Source of the DNA: Corallococcus sp. bb12-1
GTDB taxonomy: Bacteria; Myxococcota; Myxococcia; Myxococcales; Myxococcaceae
Assembly (NCBI RefSeq): GCF_026626765.1
Contig: NZ_JAPNJZ010000012.1
Span: 205,012-269,011 of the forward strand
Length of the DNA: 64,000 nucleotides
Direction: 5' to 3'
The first letter of the stretch is position 1. Every line of letters begins with the position of its first letter. Both the position numbers and the translations under genes were made by a program. The notes under the pieces are model-generated. The model was not told where the DNA came from. It saw only the letters and a list, made by a program, of their open reading frames with translations, and made no database searches. This document shows, piece by piece, positions 49,435-60,119 of the stretch.

Positions 49435-51185
49435 TGGCGGACGTGCTGTCCGGTGTGTCCTCTCCCTCGGAGGTGCGAGCGCTCCCCGAGGACGCGCTGC
49501 CCGGCCTGTGCGAGGCGCTGCGCGAGGCCATCATCACGCTGTGTGGCCGCGTGGGCGGACACCTGGGTGCGTCGCTGGGCGCGGTGGAGCTGGTGGTGGC
49601 CCTGCACCGCGTCTTCCACACGCCCCAGGACGCGATCCTCTTCGACGTGGGGCACCAGGCGTACGCGCACAAGCTGCTCACCGGCCGGCGCGACCGCATG
49701 CACACGCTGCGGCAGGCGGGAGGCATCGCCCCGTTCCTGGATCCGCGCGAGAGCCCCCATGACGCCCTGGCAGCGGGCCATGCATGCACGGCCATCTCCG
49801 CGGCGCTGGGCGTGCTCGCGGGCCGGCGGCAGTTGGAGCACCGGGGCCACGTGGTGGCGGTGGTGGGGGACGGGGCACTCACGGGCGGCCTGAGCTTCGA
49901 GGGCCTCAACAACGCCGGGGGCAGCCACCTGCCGTTGGTGGTGGTGGTCAACGACAACCAGATGTCCATCAGCGCGAACGTGGGCGCCATCCCCGCGCTG
50001 CTGCGGACGCGCAACGCGCGAGCCTTCTTCGAATCGCTGGGCTTCACCTACCTGGGCCCGGTGGACGGGCACGATTTGGGCGCGCTCACGCAGGCGCTGC
50101 GCGAGGCGAAGGCTTCGTTGCGGCCGGTGGTGGTGCACGCGCTCACGAAGAAGGGGCGCGGCTTTCCTCCCGCGGAGGCCGACGAGCAGACGCGCGGCCA
50201 CGCCATGGGGCCGTACGAGTGGCGCGCCGGCAAGCTCGTGCGCTCGCGCGGCGGCCTGCCCACGTTCAGCGAGGCGTTCGCCACGGTGCTGGGCGAAGCG
50301 CTGGAGCGGGATCCGCGCGTGGTGGTCGTCACCCCCGCGATGCTGGAGGGCTCCGCGCTCACGGGCTTGAAGGCGCGCTTCCCGGACCGCGTGCACGACG
50401 TGGGCATCGCGGAACAGCATGCCGTCACCTTCTGCGCGGGGCTGGCTGCGGCGGGGGCTCGGCCGGTGTGCGTCGTCTACTCCACCTTCCTCCAGCGCGC
50501 GTACGACCAGGTGGTCCACGACGTTTGCCTGCCGGGCTTGCCCGTCGTCTTCGCGTTGGACCGCGCGGGGCTCGTGGGCGCGGACGGCGCCACGCACCAG
50601 GGCGCGTACGACGTGTCCTTCCTCCGGCCCCTCCCGGGCCTGACGCAGTGGGCCCCGGTGGTGGGCGAGGACCTGGGGCCGATGCTCACCACCGCGCTCC
50701 AGGCGGCCGGGCCGTCCGTGCTGCGCTTCCCGCGCGGCACGTTGCCGGCGGTGCCCCCGGAGCTGCACGTGGGGGACGCACCCGTGGCGGGAGCCCGCTG
50801 GCTGAAGCGCGCGCAAGCGCCCCGGCTGACGCTGGTGACGCTGGGCCCGCTGGGGCTCGCGGCGCTGGAGGCCGTGCGGGACGAACCGGACTGGAGCGTG
50901 TTGGACGCGCGCCGGGCCTGGCCGCTGGATGAGGCGGCGCTGCTGGAGGCCGCGGCGTCCGGGCACGTGGTGGTGGCCGAGGAGGGCACCACCCGGGGCG
51001 GGCTGGGCAGCGCGGTGCTGGAGCTGTACGCGGCCTCCGGTGTGCATCCCCGGGTGAAGCTCGTGGGCATGCCGGACGTGTTCCTGCCGCATGGTGACGC
51101 CCGGGTGCAGCGCGCGGAGCTGGGCCTGGACGCGGTGGGCCTCAGGCGCGCGGGCCGGGGGTTGCTCGGCGAGGAGGCCCCGTGA
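49434..51185 (+). CDS. dxs: 1-deoxy-D-xylulose-5-phosphate synthase
   Basis: TPP-binding (…GHLGASLGAVEL…GDGALTGG…), transketolase pyrimidine and C-terminal domains. ATGA overlap with ispA. Confidence 0.95.
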   Translation: MADVLSGVSSPSEVRALPEDALPGLCEALREAIITLCGRVGGHLGASLGAVELVVALHRVFHTPQDAILFDVGHQAYAHKLLTGRRDRMHTLRQAGGIAPFLDPRESPHDALAAGHACTAISAALGVLAGRRQLEHRGHVVAVVGDGALTGGLSFEGLNNAGGSHLPLVVVVNDNQMSISANVGAIPALLRTRNARAFFESLGFTYLGPVDGHDLGALTQALREAKASLRPVVVHALTKKGRGFPPAEADEQTRGHAMGPYEWRAGKLVRSRGGLPTFSEAFATVLGEALERDPRVVVVTPAMLEGSALTGLKARFPDRVHDVGIAEQHAVTFCAGLAAAGARPVCVVYSTFLQRAYDQVVHDVCLPGLPVVFALDRAGLVGADGATHQGAYDVSFLRPLPGLTQWAPVVGEDLGPMLTTALQAAGPSVLRFPRGTLPAVPPELHVGDAPVAGARWLKRAQAPRLTLVTLGPLGLAALEAVRDEPDWSVLDARRAWPLDEAALLEAAASGHVVVAEEGTTRGGLGSAVLELYAASGVHPRVKLVGMPDVFLPHGDARVQRAELGLDAVGLRRAGRGLLGEEAP

Positions 51186-51922
51186 AGTTGAAGAAGGAGC
51201 GGTTGGACGTGCTGGTGGTGGAGCGGGGCCTCGCCGAGTCGCGCACCAAGGCCCAGGCGCTCATCCTCGCCGGTCAGGTGGTGGTGGGCGACCAGCGCGT
51301 GGACAAGCCCGGCGCCCTGGTGCTGGTGGAGTCGGAGCTGCGCCTCAAGGGCGAGGTGCTGCCGTACGTGTCGCGCGGGGGCCTCAAGCTCAAGGGGGCC
51401 ATGGACCGCTTCGGCCTGGACGTGACGGGCCGCGTGGGCGCGGACATCGGCGCCAGCACGGGTGGCTTCACCGACTGCCTGCTCCAGCACGGCGTGGTGC
51501 GGGTGCACGCCATCGACGTGGGCTATGGCCAGCTTCACGAGAAACTGCGCAAGGACCCGCGAGTGCGCTCGCGCGAGCGGGTGAACGCGCGCTACCTCAC
51601 GGAAGAGGACCTGCCGGAGAAGGTGGGCGTGGTCGTCATCGACGTGAGCTTCATCTCGCTCACCCAGGTGCTGCCGTCGGTGCTGACGTTCCTGTCGCCC
51701 GGGGGCCTGCTGGTGGCGCTGGTGAAGCCCCAGTTCGAAGTGGGGCCGGACCGGGTGGGCAAGGGCGGCGTGGTGAGGGACCCCGTCGCGCGGCAGGACG
51801 CCATCGACACCGTGACGGCGTTCGTGCGCGAGCAGGGCCTCGCCGTGCGCGGGCTGATGGACTCGCCCGTGCCCGGGCCCGCCGGCAACGTGGAAGCGCT
51901 CCTCGTCGCCGACCGGCCCTGA
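51182..51922 (+). CDS. tlyA: TlyA-family rRNA 2'-O-methyltransferase / hemolysin A
   Basis: S4 N-terminus (LDVLVVERGLAESRTKAQALI). FtsJ-like MTase (…GADIGASTGGFTDCLLQHG…). Confidence 0.85.
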   Translation: MKLKKERLDVLVVERGLAESRTKAQALILAGQVVVGDQRVDKPGALVLVESELRLKGEVLPYVSRGGLKLKGAMDRFGLDVTGRVGADIGASTGGFTDCLLQHGVVRVHAIDVGYGQLHEKLRKDPRVRSRERVNARYLTEEDLPEKVGVVVIDVSFISLTQVLPSVLTFLSPGGLLVALVKPQFEVGPDRVGKGGVVRDPVARQDAIDTVTAFVREQGLAVRGLMDSPVPGPAGNVEALLVADRP

Positions 51923-51934
51923 GGCGTCACGCGG

Positions 51935-53495
51935 TTACGGGCGGACCTTGCGGTAGTCCGCCAGGGGCAGCGTCTGGACCAGGCTGTTGCCGGTCCGCAT
52001 CCAGAGGCGGTTGTCGTTGTCCACCGAGCACGACAGGCTGCTGGACACCTCGAAGCGGAACAGCTCTCCCTTCTCGCCGGAGTCCACCGCGACGATCTCC
52101 TGGGGCAGCTCGCCCGGGCCGGAGCCGTTGAGCAGGTAGAACTCGGGGCTGGTGGCCCGGCCCAACTGCACCTGGACGACCTGGAGCGTGCCGGAGGCGT
52201 CCACCGACTTGCCGTCCTTGTTGACGATGGCGCCGGTGTCCGCGTTCAGGAACCACACGCGCTGCAGGCCGATGGCGGCCACGCGCGTTCCGCCCGCGTA
52301 GGGGAGGACGAACTGGAGCGGGACGGGCAGAGCGGGGCTGTTCCACTTGAGCCCGGAGCCCTCGCAGCCCGCCGAGTCCACCCGGCAGGCCTGGATGCTC
52401 GACTGGTTGTTGCCCAAGGGGAAGGCCAGGTAGAGGACCGTGCCATCCGGGCTGAACGACGCGAGCGGCGGCGAACCGAAATCGCCGTTGTACTTCAGGA
52501 TGGCGGTCTGGCTCACGGGCACCAGGTCCCCGGTGCCGTTGGCATTCAGCCGCGCGACGACGATCTGCAGCACCTTGGCCGTGGTGACCTCCGGCTGTTC
52601 CATGTACGCCACGAGCACGTCCGAACCCTTCTGGAGGGGCGGCGCGACGAGCGGCCACTCCGAGGCGAAGGTCCACTTCGGAGCGCCGATGCCGGAGTCA
52701 TGCGGCAGCCGGTACACGATGTTGTCGTCATCGGCGATGAGCGCGTCGCCGTTGTCCATCATGGAAAGGTTGGACAGGAAGATGGTCGGCTTCGACAGCC
52801 CGCTGACCGTGAAGTTCTGGTGGACCGCCACCGCTCTCGCGCCGGGCGTCCAGACCCACCGCTTGTTCGTCGATGGGTGCAGGTCCGTGTAGACCGTGGA
52901 CGCGTTGCACGGCACGCCCATGGCCACGCTCTGCTGCAGCTTCCCGGCGGAATCCACGCGGAACAGCGTGCCGACGCCCGTGGTGGGGTTGCCGCACCCG
53001 ATGAAGCTCACGCCCGTGCCATTGCCTTCGGCGACGAAGAAGTCCGTCACCACCTGGCCGTTGGGGTCCGCGTCCTTCACCACCTTCGTCACCGGCAGGA
53101 ACGTGGCGGCCTGGGGCTGCGACACGTTGGAGCGGCCGTCCGCACAGGTGACCTTCGCGTGGAGCGCCAGCTTCGCGGAGAGGCCTGACGTGTACTTGAT
53201 CTCATTCGAGGCCAGCTCGAAGTCCATGGAGCCGCTGGTGTAGGGGACCGTCTTGAGGAACACCTCCCGGTCGTAGATCTCCGCCTGCGCCACCGCGTCA
53301 CACCCGGCGACGAGCAGCCGGATCTTCAGCAGGGGCGCCGCCGTGTTGGGCTCGGGGATGGACAGGGTCACCACCGGAGGGTCCGGCACGGGCGGTAGCT
53401 TCGGGTCACCGCCACAGGCGGACAGGGCGGAAATGGCGAGCGAGGCCAGGAAGGCGGCCCGCGACGCGGACAGGCGCGGTCTATCGAGGTGCATG
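51935..53495 (-). CDS. Hypothetical lipoprotein, β-rich (possible β-propeller)
   Basis: Start was moved to the internal Met (MHLDRPRLSASRAAFLASLAISALSAC) to give a signal peptide and lipobox. No named domain. Confidence 0.6.
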
Positions 53496-53966
53496 GGGCT
53501 GCACTCTACCGTGCTATGGGGACACAGGCGGGCCCTGGAGCCCCGCATCCCGCCCCCAGAACCGCCTTCCCGAGCGATTCCTGATCGCGACGCCGTCCGG
53601 AGTCCTCCCACCACCGCCCCCGCCGGTTGCTCGCCAGGGCCCAACCCGCCGGGTCCTCCCTGCCTGCCACCCCTGCTTTCGAGGAAGCACGGCAGGGCGG
53701 TGGGGGAAGAAAGTCACAGCCATGGCGTTCCGGTGGGGGCCCGACTCCTGTTCTCCGAGGAGAGGCGGCCCCGATACTTCGAGGTCATCCGAACGTCACG
53801 CGCGCGCGGAATCCGGGGCGTTGACGCCGGGTCGGGGTATACGTCGCGCCCCTTCTCTCACCTCTCTCCCTTGGGAGAGTCCCGTCCATCTGCTGGCTCA
53901 CGGACGGGTTAGACGGCATGATCCAGAATCGACCATGACCCCTTACGCACCCAACGGGCTTTCGCA

Positions 53967-56519
53967 GTGTCGTTCCCTGTCTGGGCGGGGCGGAGGCGTG
54001 CCGTGAGGATCGAGATGTTGGCGTCGGAGCAGCGGGGACGGGTGCTGGTGCTGGCGGCGAAGGCCGCGGGCGACGCGTTGGTGGAGCGCCTGACGGCGAG
54101 CGGCTACCAGTGCGGCACCACCGAGCGTGAGAGTGGGCTGGCGGAGATGGTGGACCAGCTCCAGCCAGAAGTGGTCCTCCTGTCGGTGACGGCCAAGCGG
54201 GCGGCCGAGCTGCTGGAGACCGTCCGCAAGGTGGACAAGCTGAACCGGCTGCCGGTGCTGGTGGACCAGGGCCGCGCGCGCTCCGCGGAGGCCTTCAAGC
54301 GTCTGGCGGTGGATGACTTCGTGCGCGGCGCGGACGAACTGGTGCCCCGGCTGGAGTCGGCCCTGCGCGCCTGGCGTCTGAAGGAGCGCGAGGAGCGCAT
54401 CCGCCTGCGCATGGGGATGCTGCTGGAGATCACCCAGGCGGCCACCAGCTCACTGGAGCTGGAGGAGATCCTCCGCATCGCGGTGGAGAAGGTGGGCCAG
54501 GTCACCGGCACGGACCGCTGTTCGGTGGTGCTGGTGGAGGGCAGCCACGCGCGCACGGCCACGGTCGTCGCGACGCAGGAGGACCCGAGCCTCGTCCAAC
54601 TGGACATCGAGGTGGCGCGCTATCCGGAGCTGCGCCGCGCGCTGGAGACGCGGCAGCCGGTGCTGATTGAAGAGGCGCAGCGCGATCCGCTGATGGCGGA
54701 GGTGCGCACGTCACTGCTCCCGCAGGGCGTGAAGTCCATCCTGGTGCAGCCGCTCATCTGTCAGGACGACCTGCTGGGCGCGCTGTTCCTGCGCGTGTCG
54801 CGGGGGGATGCGTCCATCGGTCGCGACGAGCAGGAGTTCGCGCAGGCGGTGGCGGGCGTGCTCGCCAACTCCATCCGCAACGCGCGCCTGCACACGGCGG
54901 TGAAGAAGAAGCGCGAGGACCTGGAGCTGGCGTACGTGGAGCGCTACCGCGAGCTCAACGACGCGAACCGCCGGCTGAAGGAGCTCAACCGCCTCAAGGA
55001 TGAGATCATCGCGGTGTGCAGCCACGACCTGCGCGCGCCCCTCCAGGTGCTACTGGGCCATGGTCGGCTGCTGCTCGAAGGTCCGCTGGAGACGCAGCAG
55101 AAGCAGTCCGCGGAGGCGATGATCCGCCAGGGTCGGAAAATCCTCACCCTGGTCGAGTCCCTGCTGGAGAAGGGCAAGGGCGAGGCGGCGCGGCTGTCCA
55201 TCGAACCTCGCGTCCTGGACGTGGCGCAGCTGTGCCGCGACGCGGTGGGGGAGCTGGAGATCCTCGCCGCGGAGAAGGCCGTGGCGCTGCGCTCCGAGTG
55301 CCCCGACAGCCTGATGCTGATTGGCGACGAGGTGAAGCTGCACGAGGTGCTGCAGAACCTCATCAGCAACGCCATCCAGCACGCGAGCGACACGCGCGGC
55401 GAGGTGGTGGTGCGCACGCAGCGGCTGTCGCGGCCGGACGGCGACGCGGTGCGGGTGATGGTGAGCGACAACGGGGTGGGCATCCCCCCGGACGAGCTGC
55501 ACCTCGTGTTTGATCGCTACCGCCACGGGCCCAAGGGCACGGGGCTGGGGCTGGCCATCTGCAAGGAGTTCGTGGAGCTGCACGGCGGCGAAATCTGGGC
55601 GGAGAGCCCGGCCGACGGCGGCTGCACCTTCGTCTTCACGCTGCCGCTGGCGCAGGAGGCCGCGCGCAACCCCCGGCCGCAGCCCGCGCCCGGCGCCACG
55701 CCCGAGCAGCCTCGCGTGCTGGTGGTGGAGGACGAGCCGGAGATCGCCGCGGTGCTGTCGGAGGTGCTGCGCTCGAAGTACCGCGTGGAGGTGGCGCGCG
55801 ACGGCGCGGAGGGCCTGGCGAAGGCTCGTGCGTCCCGTCCGGACCTGGTGGTGATGGACGTGTTCCTGCCCAAGCTGGACGGGTTGGACGCGGCCATGGC
55901 GCTCAAGTCCTCGTCGGACACGGCGCACATCCCCGTCATCCTGCTGTCCGCCCACCAGGGCGTGGCCGACAAGGTCCGCGCGCTCAACCTGGGCGCGGTG
56001 GACTACATGGCCAAGCCGTTCAACGCGGTGGAGTTGCTGAACCGCACCGAACGGGCCCTCAAGCTGCGCCAGGGTGAGAAGGAACAGCAGGACAAGTCGG
56101 CTCCGCTCCAGAAGCGCACCGGCAGCGACCCCGCGACGGGGCTGCACGACCGGCGCGGCCTGCTGTTGCGGCTGGAGCAGGAGGTGGCCCGCAGCCGGCG
56201 CTACCACCGCTCGCTCACGCTGGCGGTGCTCCGGCCGGACCGCAACCTGGAAGCGCTGCCCTCCAACATGGCGGACGTGATGCGCAAGCGGGTGCGACAC
56301 CCGGATGCCATCGCCCACCTGGGGCAGGGTGTCTTCGCGGTGGTGCTGCCCGAGTGCAACGCGGACGCCGCGCGCACGGTCATCAACCGGCTGATGCCGG
56401 ACGTGGAGAAGGTGACCTCCATCGAATACCGCGCTGCCCTGGCGGACGTCAGCCAGGACAGCGACCCGGTGGAGAAGCTGCTGGAGAAGCTGGGCGCTCC
56501 GCCGCCCGAGGCCCTCTAG
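53967..56519 (+). CDS. Hybrid sensor histidine kinase: N-terminal receiver-like region, GAF, HisKA/HATPase_c, receiver, and C-terminal degenerate GGDEF-like domain
   Basis: GAF (…VGQVTGTDRCSVVLVE…). H-box EIIAVCSHDLRAPLQ. HATPase (…VSDNGVGIPPDE…GTGLGLAICKEFVELHGG…). REC (RVLVVEDEP…DLVVMDVFLPKLDG). The C-terminus has RYHRSLTLAVLRPD…GQGVFAVVLPE where GGDEF should be. Confidence 0.85.
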   Translation: MSFPVWAGRRRAVRIEMLASEQRGRVLVLAAKAAGDALVERLTASGYQCGTTERESGLAEMVDQLQPEVVLLSVTAKRAAELLETVRKVDKLNRLPVLVDQGRARSAEAFKRLAVDDFVRGADELVPRLESALRAWRLKEREERIRLRMGMLLEITQAATSSLELEEILRIAVEKVGQVTGTDRCSVVLVEGSHARTATVVATQEDPSLVQLDIEVARYPELRRALETRQPVLIEEAQRDPLMAEVRTSLLPQGVKSILVQPLICQDDLLGALFLRVSRGDASIGRDEQEFAQAVAGVLANSIRNARLHTAVKKKREDLELAYVERYRELNDANRRLKELNRLKDEIIAVCSHDLRAPLQVLLGHGRLLLEGPLETQQKQSAEAMIRQGRKILTLVESLLEKGKGEAARLSIEPRVLDVAQLCRDAVGELEILAAEKAVALRSECPDSLMLIGDEVKLHEVLQNLISNAIQHASDTRGEVVVRTQRLSRPDGDAVRVMVSDNGVGIPPDELHLVFDRYRHGPKGTGLGLAICKEFVELHGGEIWAESPADGGCTFVFTLPLAQEAARNPRPQPAPGATPEQPRVLVVEDEPEIAAVLSEVLRSKYRVEVARDGAEGLAKARASRPDLVVMDVFLPKLDGLDAAMALKSSSDTAHIPVILLSAHQGVADKVRALNLGAVDYMAKPFNAVELLNRTERALKLRQGEKEQQDKSAPLQKRTGSDPATGLHDRRGLLLRLEQEVARSRRYHRSLTLAVLRPDRNLEALPSNMADVMRKRVRHPDAIAHLGQGVFAVVLPECNADAARTVINRLMPDVEKVTSIEYRAALADVSQDSDPVEKLLEKLGAPPPEAL

Positions 56520-56581
56520 TTCCGGCCGCGCCCCCTGACCGCGGGAAAAAGGGGGCGCGCCGCGCTACACTCGGCTTCCGC

Positions 56582-58480
56582 GTGCGCAAGCTCCCGTTCC
56601 TCCGCCGTGCCGCCGTGCTGTGCCTCGCCCTGGTCGCCGGGGGCGCGGGGGCCGCTCCGCCTCCGAAGGCTCCGGCCAAGAAGGCACCGGCCCCCCACAT
56701 CGACCGCGAGGCGATGCGCGAGGCGATGGACTCCGCCGCGCAGGACGACCCCGCCGCGTCGTCCGCCAGTTACGCGCACTACCTCCAGTCGCGCCTGCTG
56801 CACCTGGAGGGCAACCACCGGGGCGCGGTGGACGAGCTGCGGCTGGCGCTCGCCACCGATGATGGCAACCCGCGCCTGCTCACCCAACTGGGCGAGGAGT
56901 ACGCGCGCCTGGGAGACCTGGAGCGCGCCGAGCGCGAGCTGCGCCGGGCGGTGGAGAAGGCCCCCACGTACTACCCCGCGCACGTGCTCCTGGGCCGGGT
57001 GCTGATGGAGTCCGGCCGCCTCTCGCGCGCTCGCCAGCACCTGCGCCGCGCGATGACGCTGCGCCCGCGCGACCCGGAGGCGTACCTGGTGCTGTCTCAG
57101 CTCCACCTGGACGCGAAGGCGCCGGATGAAGCGGTGAAGGTGGTGGAGGCGCTCGCGCACGCGCTGCCCGGGGAGGCCTCCGGTTACCGGCGGCTGGGGC
57201 TGGCGCTGGCCGAACGCGGCGACACGGCCCGCGCCGAGCGGCTGCTCACGAAGGCCGCCGAGCGGGACCCGGGGGACGTGGAGGTGTGGTCCACGCTCGC
57301 CCGCATGTACGAGGACGCGGGGCGGGCGAAGGAGGCCGAGGACGCGCTCGCACGCGCGCTGGAGGCGGATCCGGACAGCCGCGAGGTGCTGTTGTCGGCG
57401 GGCCGCGCCGCGCTCAAGGGCGGTTCGGTGACGCGGGCCCGGGCGTACTTCGACCGGCTGCTGTCGCTGTCGTCCTCACCGGAGTTGGCGGTGCGGGTGG
57501 CCTTCAGCTACCTGTCCGCGCACCAGTCCTCCGCCGCGGAGGCCGTGCTGGACGCCGCCCGGAAGGACGCGCCGGACGAGCCCCGGCTGGCCTACTACGC
57601 GGGCCTCGTCGCGGAGCGGATGCGCCGCTTCTCCACCGCCGCCACGGCCTTCGCCGACGTGCCCGCCAACTCGGAGGTGTTCCTCGACGCCCGGGTGCGG
57701 CGGGCCCGCTGCCTGTCGCTGGCGGGAGAACACGCCCGGGCGCTGGTGCTCTACCGCGCCGCCGTGAAGGAGACGCCGGAGGACCTGGAGCTGCGCGTCG
57801 CCTATGCCCGGGCGCTGGAGCGCGGTGGTTCGCCCGCGAAGGCGGAAGGCGTGCTGCGCGAGGCCCTGGGAGGGGAGGGCGCGGCGATGGCCTACGAGGC
57901 GCTGGCCTCCCTGCTGGAGCGCCAGGGCCGCCCCGCGGAGGCGCTCACGCTCTTGCGCGACGCCGTCGCCCGCTCGCCCAGGGATCAGGACCTGCTCTTC
58001 TCCCTGGGCGCCGCGCTGGAGCGCCAGGGGGACGTGGCCGGGGCGCTGTCGCGGATGCGGACGGTGCTGGTGGTGGCGCCGGAGCACTCGGCGGCGATGA
58101 ACTTCATCGGCTACCTGCTCGCGCAGCACGGCCGGGACCTGGACGAGGCGGAGCGGCTGGTGCGGCGCGCGCTGGCGCTGAGGCCCGACAGCGCGGCGTA
58201 CGTGGACTCGCTGGGTTGGGTCTATTTCCAGCGCGGCGAGGCACGCAGGGCGGTGGAACTGCTGGAGCGCGCGGTGGAGCTGGCCCCCGACGAGCCCGCC
58301 ATCCTGGAGCACCTGGGGGATGCCTACCTCAAGGCCGCCCGCGCCACGGATGCCGCCGCGTCCTGGAAGCGCGCGCTGGACGTGCTCACCCTGGAGCCGG
58401 AGGCCGCCGAACCCGCCGGCCAGCGCACGGCGTTGGAGCGCAAGTTGAAGGCGCTACCCTCGCCAGCGCCGGGCCGCTAA
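56582..58480 (+). CDS. TPR-repeat protein with N-terminal signal peptide
   Basis: GTG start (VRKLPFLRRAAVLCLALVAGGAGA). Many Ala/Leu/Arg-rich TPR-like repeats (…EAEDALARALEADPD…). Confidence 0.7.
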   Translation: MRKLPFLRRAAVLCLALVAGGAGAAPPPKAPAKKAPAPHIDREAMREAMDSAAQDDPAASSASYAHYLQSRLLHLEGNHRGAVDELRLALATDDGNPRLLTQLGEEYARLGDLERAERELRRAVEKAPTYYPAHVLLGRVLMESGRLSRARQHLRRAMTLRPRDPEAYLVLSQLHLDAKAPDEAVKVVEALAHALPGEASGYRRLGLALAERGDTARAERLLTKAAERDPGDVEVWSTLARMYEDAGRAKEAEDALARALEADPDSREVLLSAGRAALKGGSVTRARAYFDRLLSLSSSPELAVRVAFSYLSAHQSSAAEAVLDAARKDAPDEPRLAYYAGLVAERMRRFSTAATAFADVPANSEVFLDARVRRARCLSLAGEHARALVLYRAAVKETPEDLELRVAYARALERGGSPAKAEGVLREALGGEGAAMAYEALASLLERQGRPAEALTLLRDAVARSPRDQDLLFSLGAALERQGDVAGALSRMRTVLVVAPEHSAAMNFIGYLLAQHGRDLDEAERLVRRALALRPDSAAYVDSLGWVYFQRGEARRAVELLERAVELAPDEPAILEHLGDAYLKAARATDAAASWKRALDVLTLEPEAAEPAGQRTALERKLKALPSPAPGR

Positions 58481-58493
58481 GGTCCCGGCACCC

Positions 58494-59333
58494 ATGGCCC
58501 GCCACGACGAAGGCTTCTTCACCGGCAAGGACAACACCCGGCTGTTCTGGACGCTGGACCTGCCGGACGCGGGAACTCCGCGCGCGCATGTCGCCATCGT
58601 CCACGGCTACGGGGACCACATCGGCCGCTACCGGCCCGTCATCGACGCGCTGGTGCAGGACGGCTTCGCGGTGCACGGCTTTGACTACCGGGGCCACGGC
58701 CGCGCCGACGGACGCCGCGCCTACGCCAGCAAGTGGCCCGAATTCCTCGACGACCTGGACGGCTTCTGGCAGCGCGTGCGCGCCGCCGCCGGCACCCAGA
58801 AGATCTTCCTGCTGGGCCACAGCCACGGCGGCCTGATGGCGGTGCACGCGCTGGCCAAGGGGATGGAGGGTCTCACCGGCGCCATCCTCTCCGCGCCCTA
58901 CCTCAAGCTGGCCATCACCCCGCCCGCGGCGAAGGTCCTCGCCGCCCGCATGGTGGGCTCGGTGATTCCGTGGATGCATGTCAGCTCCGGCCTGACCCCG
59001 GACATGCTCAGCACCGACCCGGACATCCAGAAGGCGGTCGGCGAGGACCCGCTGTACATCACCTTCGCCACGCCGCGCTGGTTCGTGGAGTCCACGGTGG
59101 CCCAGGCGCAGGCGCTGCTCCTGGCGCCGAAGATTCAAGTGCCGCTGTTCGTGCTGTGCGGACAGGATGACGGGGTGGCGCTCCCCGCGACGGCGCGGGC
59201 CTTCTTCGAGGCGGCGGGGACGGCGGACAAGAAGTTCAAGGAGTACCCCGGCATGCGGCACGAGCCGCTCAACGAACGGGATCGCTCGACGGTGTTCCAG
59301 GACATCTCCGGCTGGATCTCCGCGCATCTCTGA
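58494..59333 (+). CDS. Alpha/beta hydrolase (lysophospholipase / monoacylglycerol-lipase-like)
   Basis: HGYGDHIGRY. Nucleophile elbow GHSHGG. 279 aa. Confidence 0.85.
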   Translation: MARHDEGFFTGKDNTRLFWTLDLPDAGTPRAHVAIVHGYGDHIGRYRPVIDALVQDGFAVHGFDYRGHGRADGRRAYASKWPEFLDDLDGFWQRVRAAAGTQKIFLLGHSHGGLMAVHALAKGMEGLTGAILSAPYLKLAITPPAAKVLAARMVGSVIPWMHVSSGLTPDMLSTDPDIQKAVGEDPLYITFATPRWFVESTVAQAQALLLAPKIQVPLFVLCGQDDGVALPATARAFFEAAGTADKKFKEYPGMRHEPLNERDRSTVFQDISGWISAHL

Positions 59334-59387
59334 CATAATCAGGTCGCCCCGCTCCCATACGGAGCAGGCGCTGGCGAGGATCACCTC

Positions 59388-59729
59388 ATGGCACAGGGTG
59401 AAACGGGCATCATTGGCAAGGGCATCGTCATCAGGGGCAACCTCACGGGCGGAGGAGACCTGGTCATCGAAGGACGCGTGGAGGGGCAGATCGCCCTGAA
59501 GAACCACCTGACCATCGAGGGCACCGGCAAGGTGCAGGCGGACATCCGCGCCGAGGAACTGACCATCAACGGAGAGGCGAGCGGCAACATCGACGCGTCG
59601 ACCCGTGTGGCCATCAATGCCTCGGCGAAGGTTGCGGGCGACATCAAGGCCCCGCGCGTCGTCATCGAGGATGGGGCCGTGTTCAACGGCTCCATCGAGA
59701 TGGACGTGAAGTTGCCGGACGACATCTAG
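59388..59729 (+). CDS. bacN: Bactofilin (DUF583 β-helical cytoskeletal protein)
   Basis: Repetitive …I.G.V.G.I… β-helix pattern. First of three tandem bactofilins, as in the M. xanthus bacNOP-padC locus. Confidence 0.8.
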   Translation: MAQGETGIIGKGIVIRGNLTGGGDLVIEGRVEGQIALKNHLTIEGTGKVQADIRAEELTINGEASGNIDASTRVAINASAKVAGDIKAPRVVIEDGAVFNGSIEMDVKLPDDI

Positions 59730-59792
59730 CATCCACCGGGGTTCGTCCCACGGACCCCCCAGGCGCAAGCTTCGAGAAGGCGGACAACACTC

Positions 59793-60116
59793 ATGGCGAA
59801 TACGGTCATTGGTTCGAGCATCGTCATCGACGGGGAGATTTCCGGTGACGAGGTCCTGGTCATCCAGGGCACCGTGAAGGGGAAGATCTCCCTCAAGGAG
59901 AGCCTCTACGTGGAGGGCTCCGGCGTCGTCGAGGCGGACATCGACACGCAGAACGTGGAGATCGCCGGCCGGGTGACGGGCAACATCGTCGCCAGCGACA
60001 AGGTGGAGCTCAAGACGGACTGCCGCGTGGTGGGCGACATCAAGGCCCCGCGAATCCTCATCGCCGACGGTGCCTCCTTCAAGGGCAACGTCGACATGGA
60101 CATGAAGGAGCGCTGA
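59793..60116 (+). CDS. bacO: Bactofilin
   Basis: Same DUF583 repeat pattern. 107 aa. Confidence 0.8.
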   Translation: MANTVIGSSIVIDGEISGDEVLVIQGTVKGKISLKESLYVEGSGVVEADIDTQNVEIAGRVTGNIVASDKVELKTDCRVVGDIKAPRILIADGASFKGNVDMDMKER

Positions 60117-60119
60117 TCC

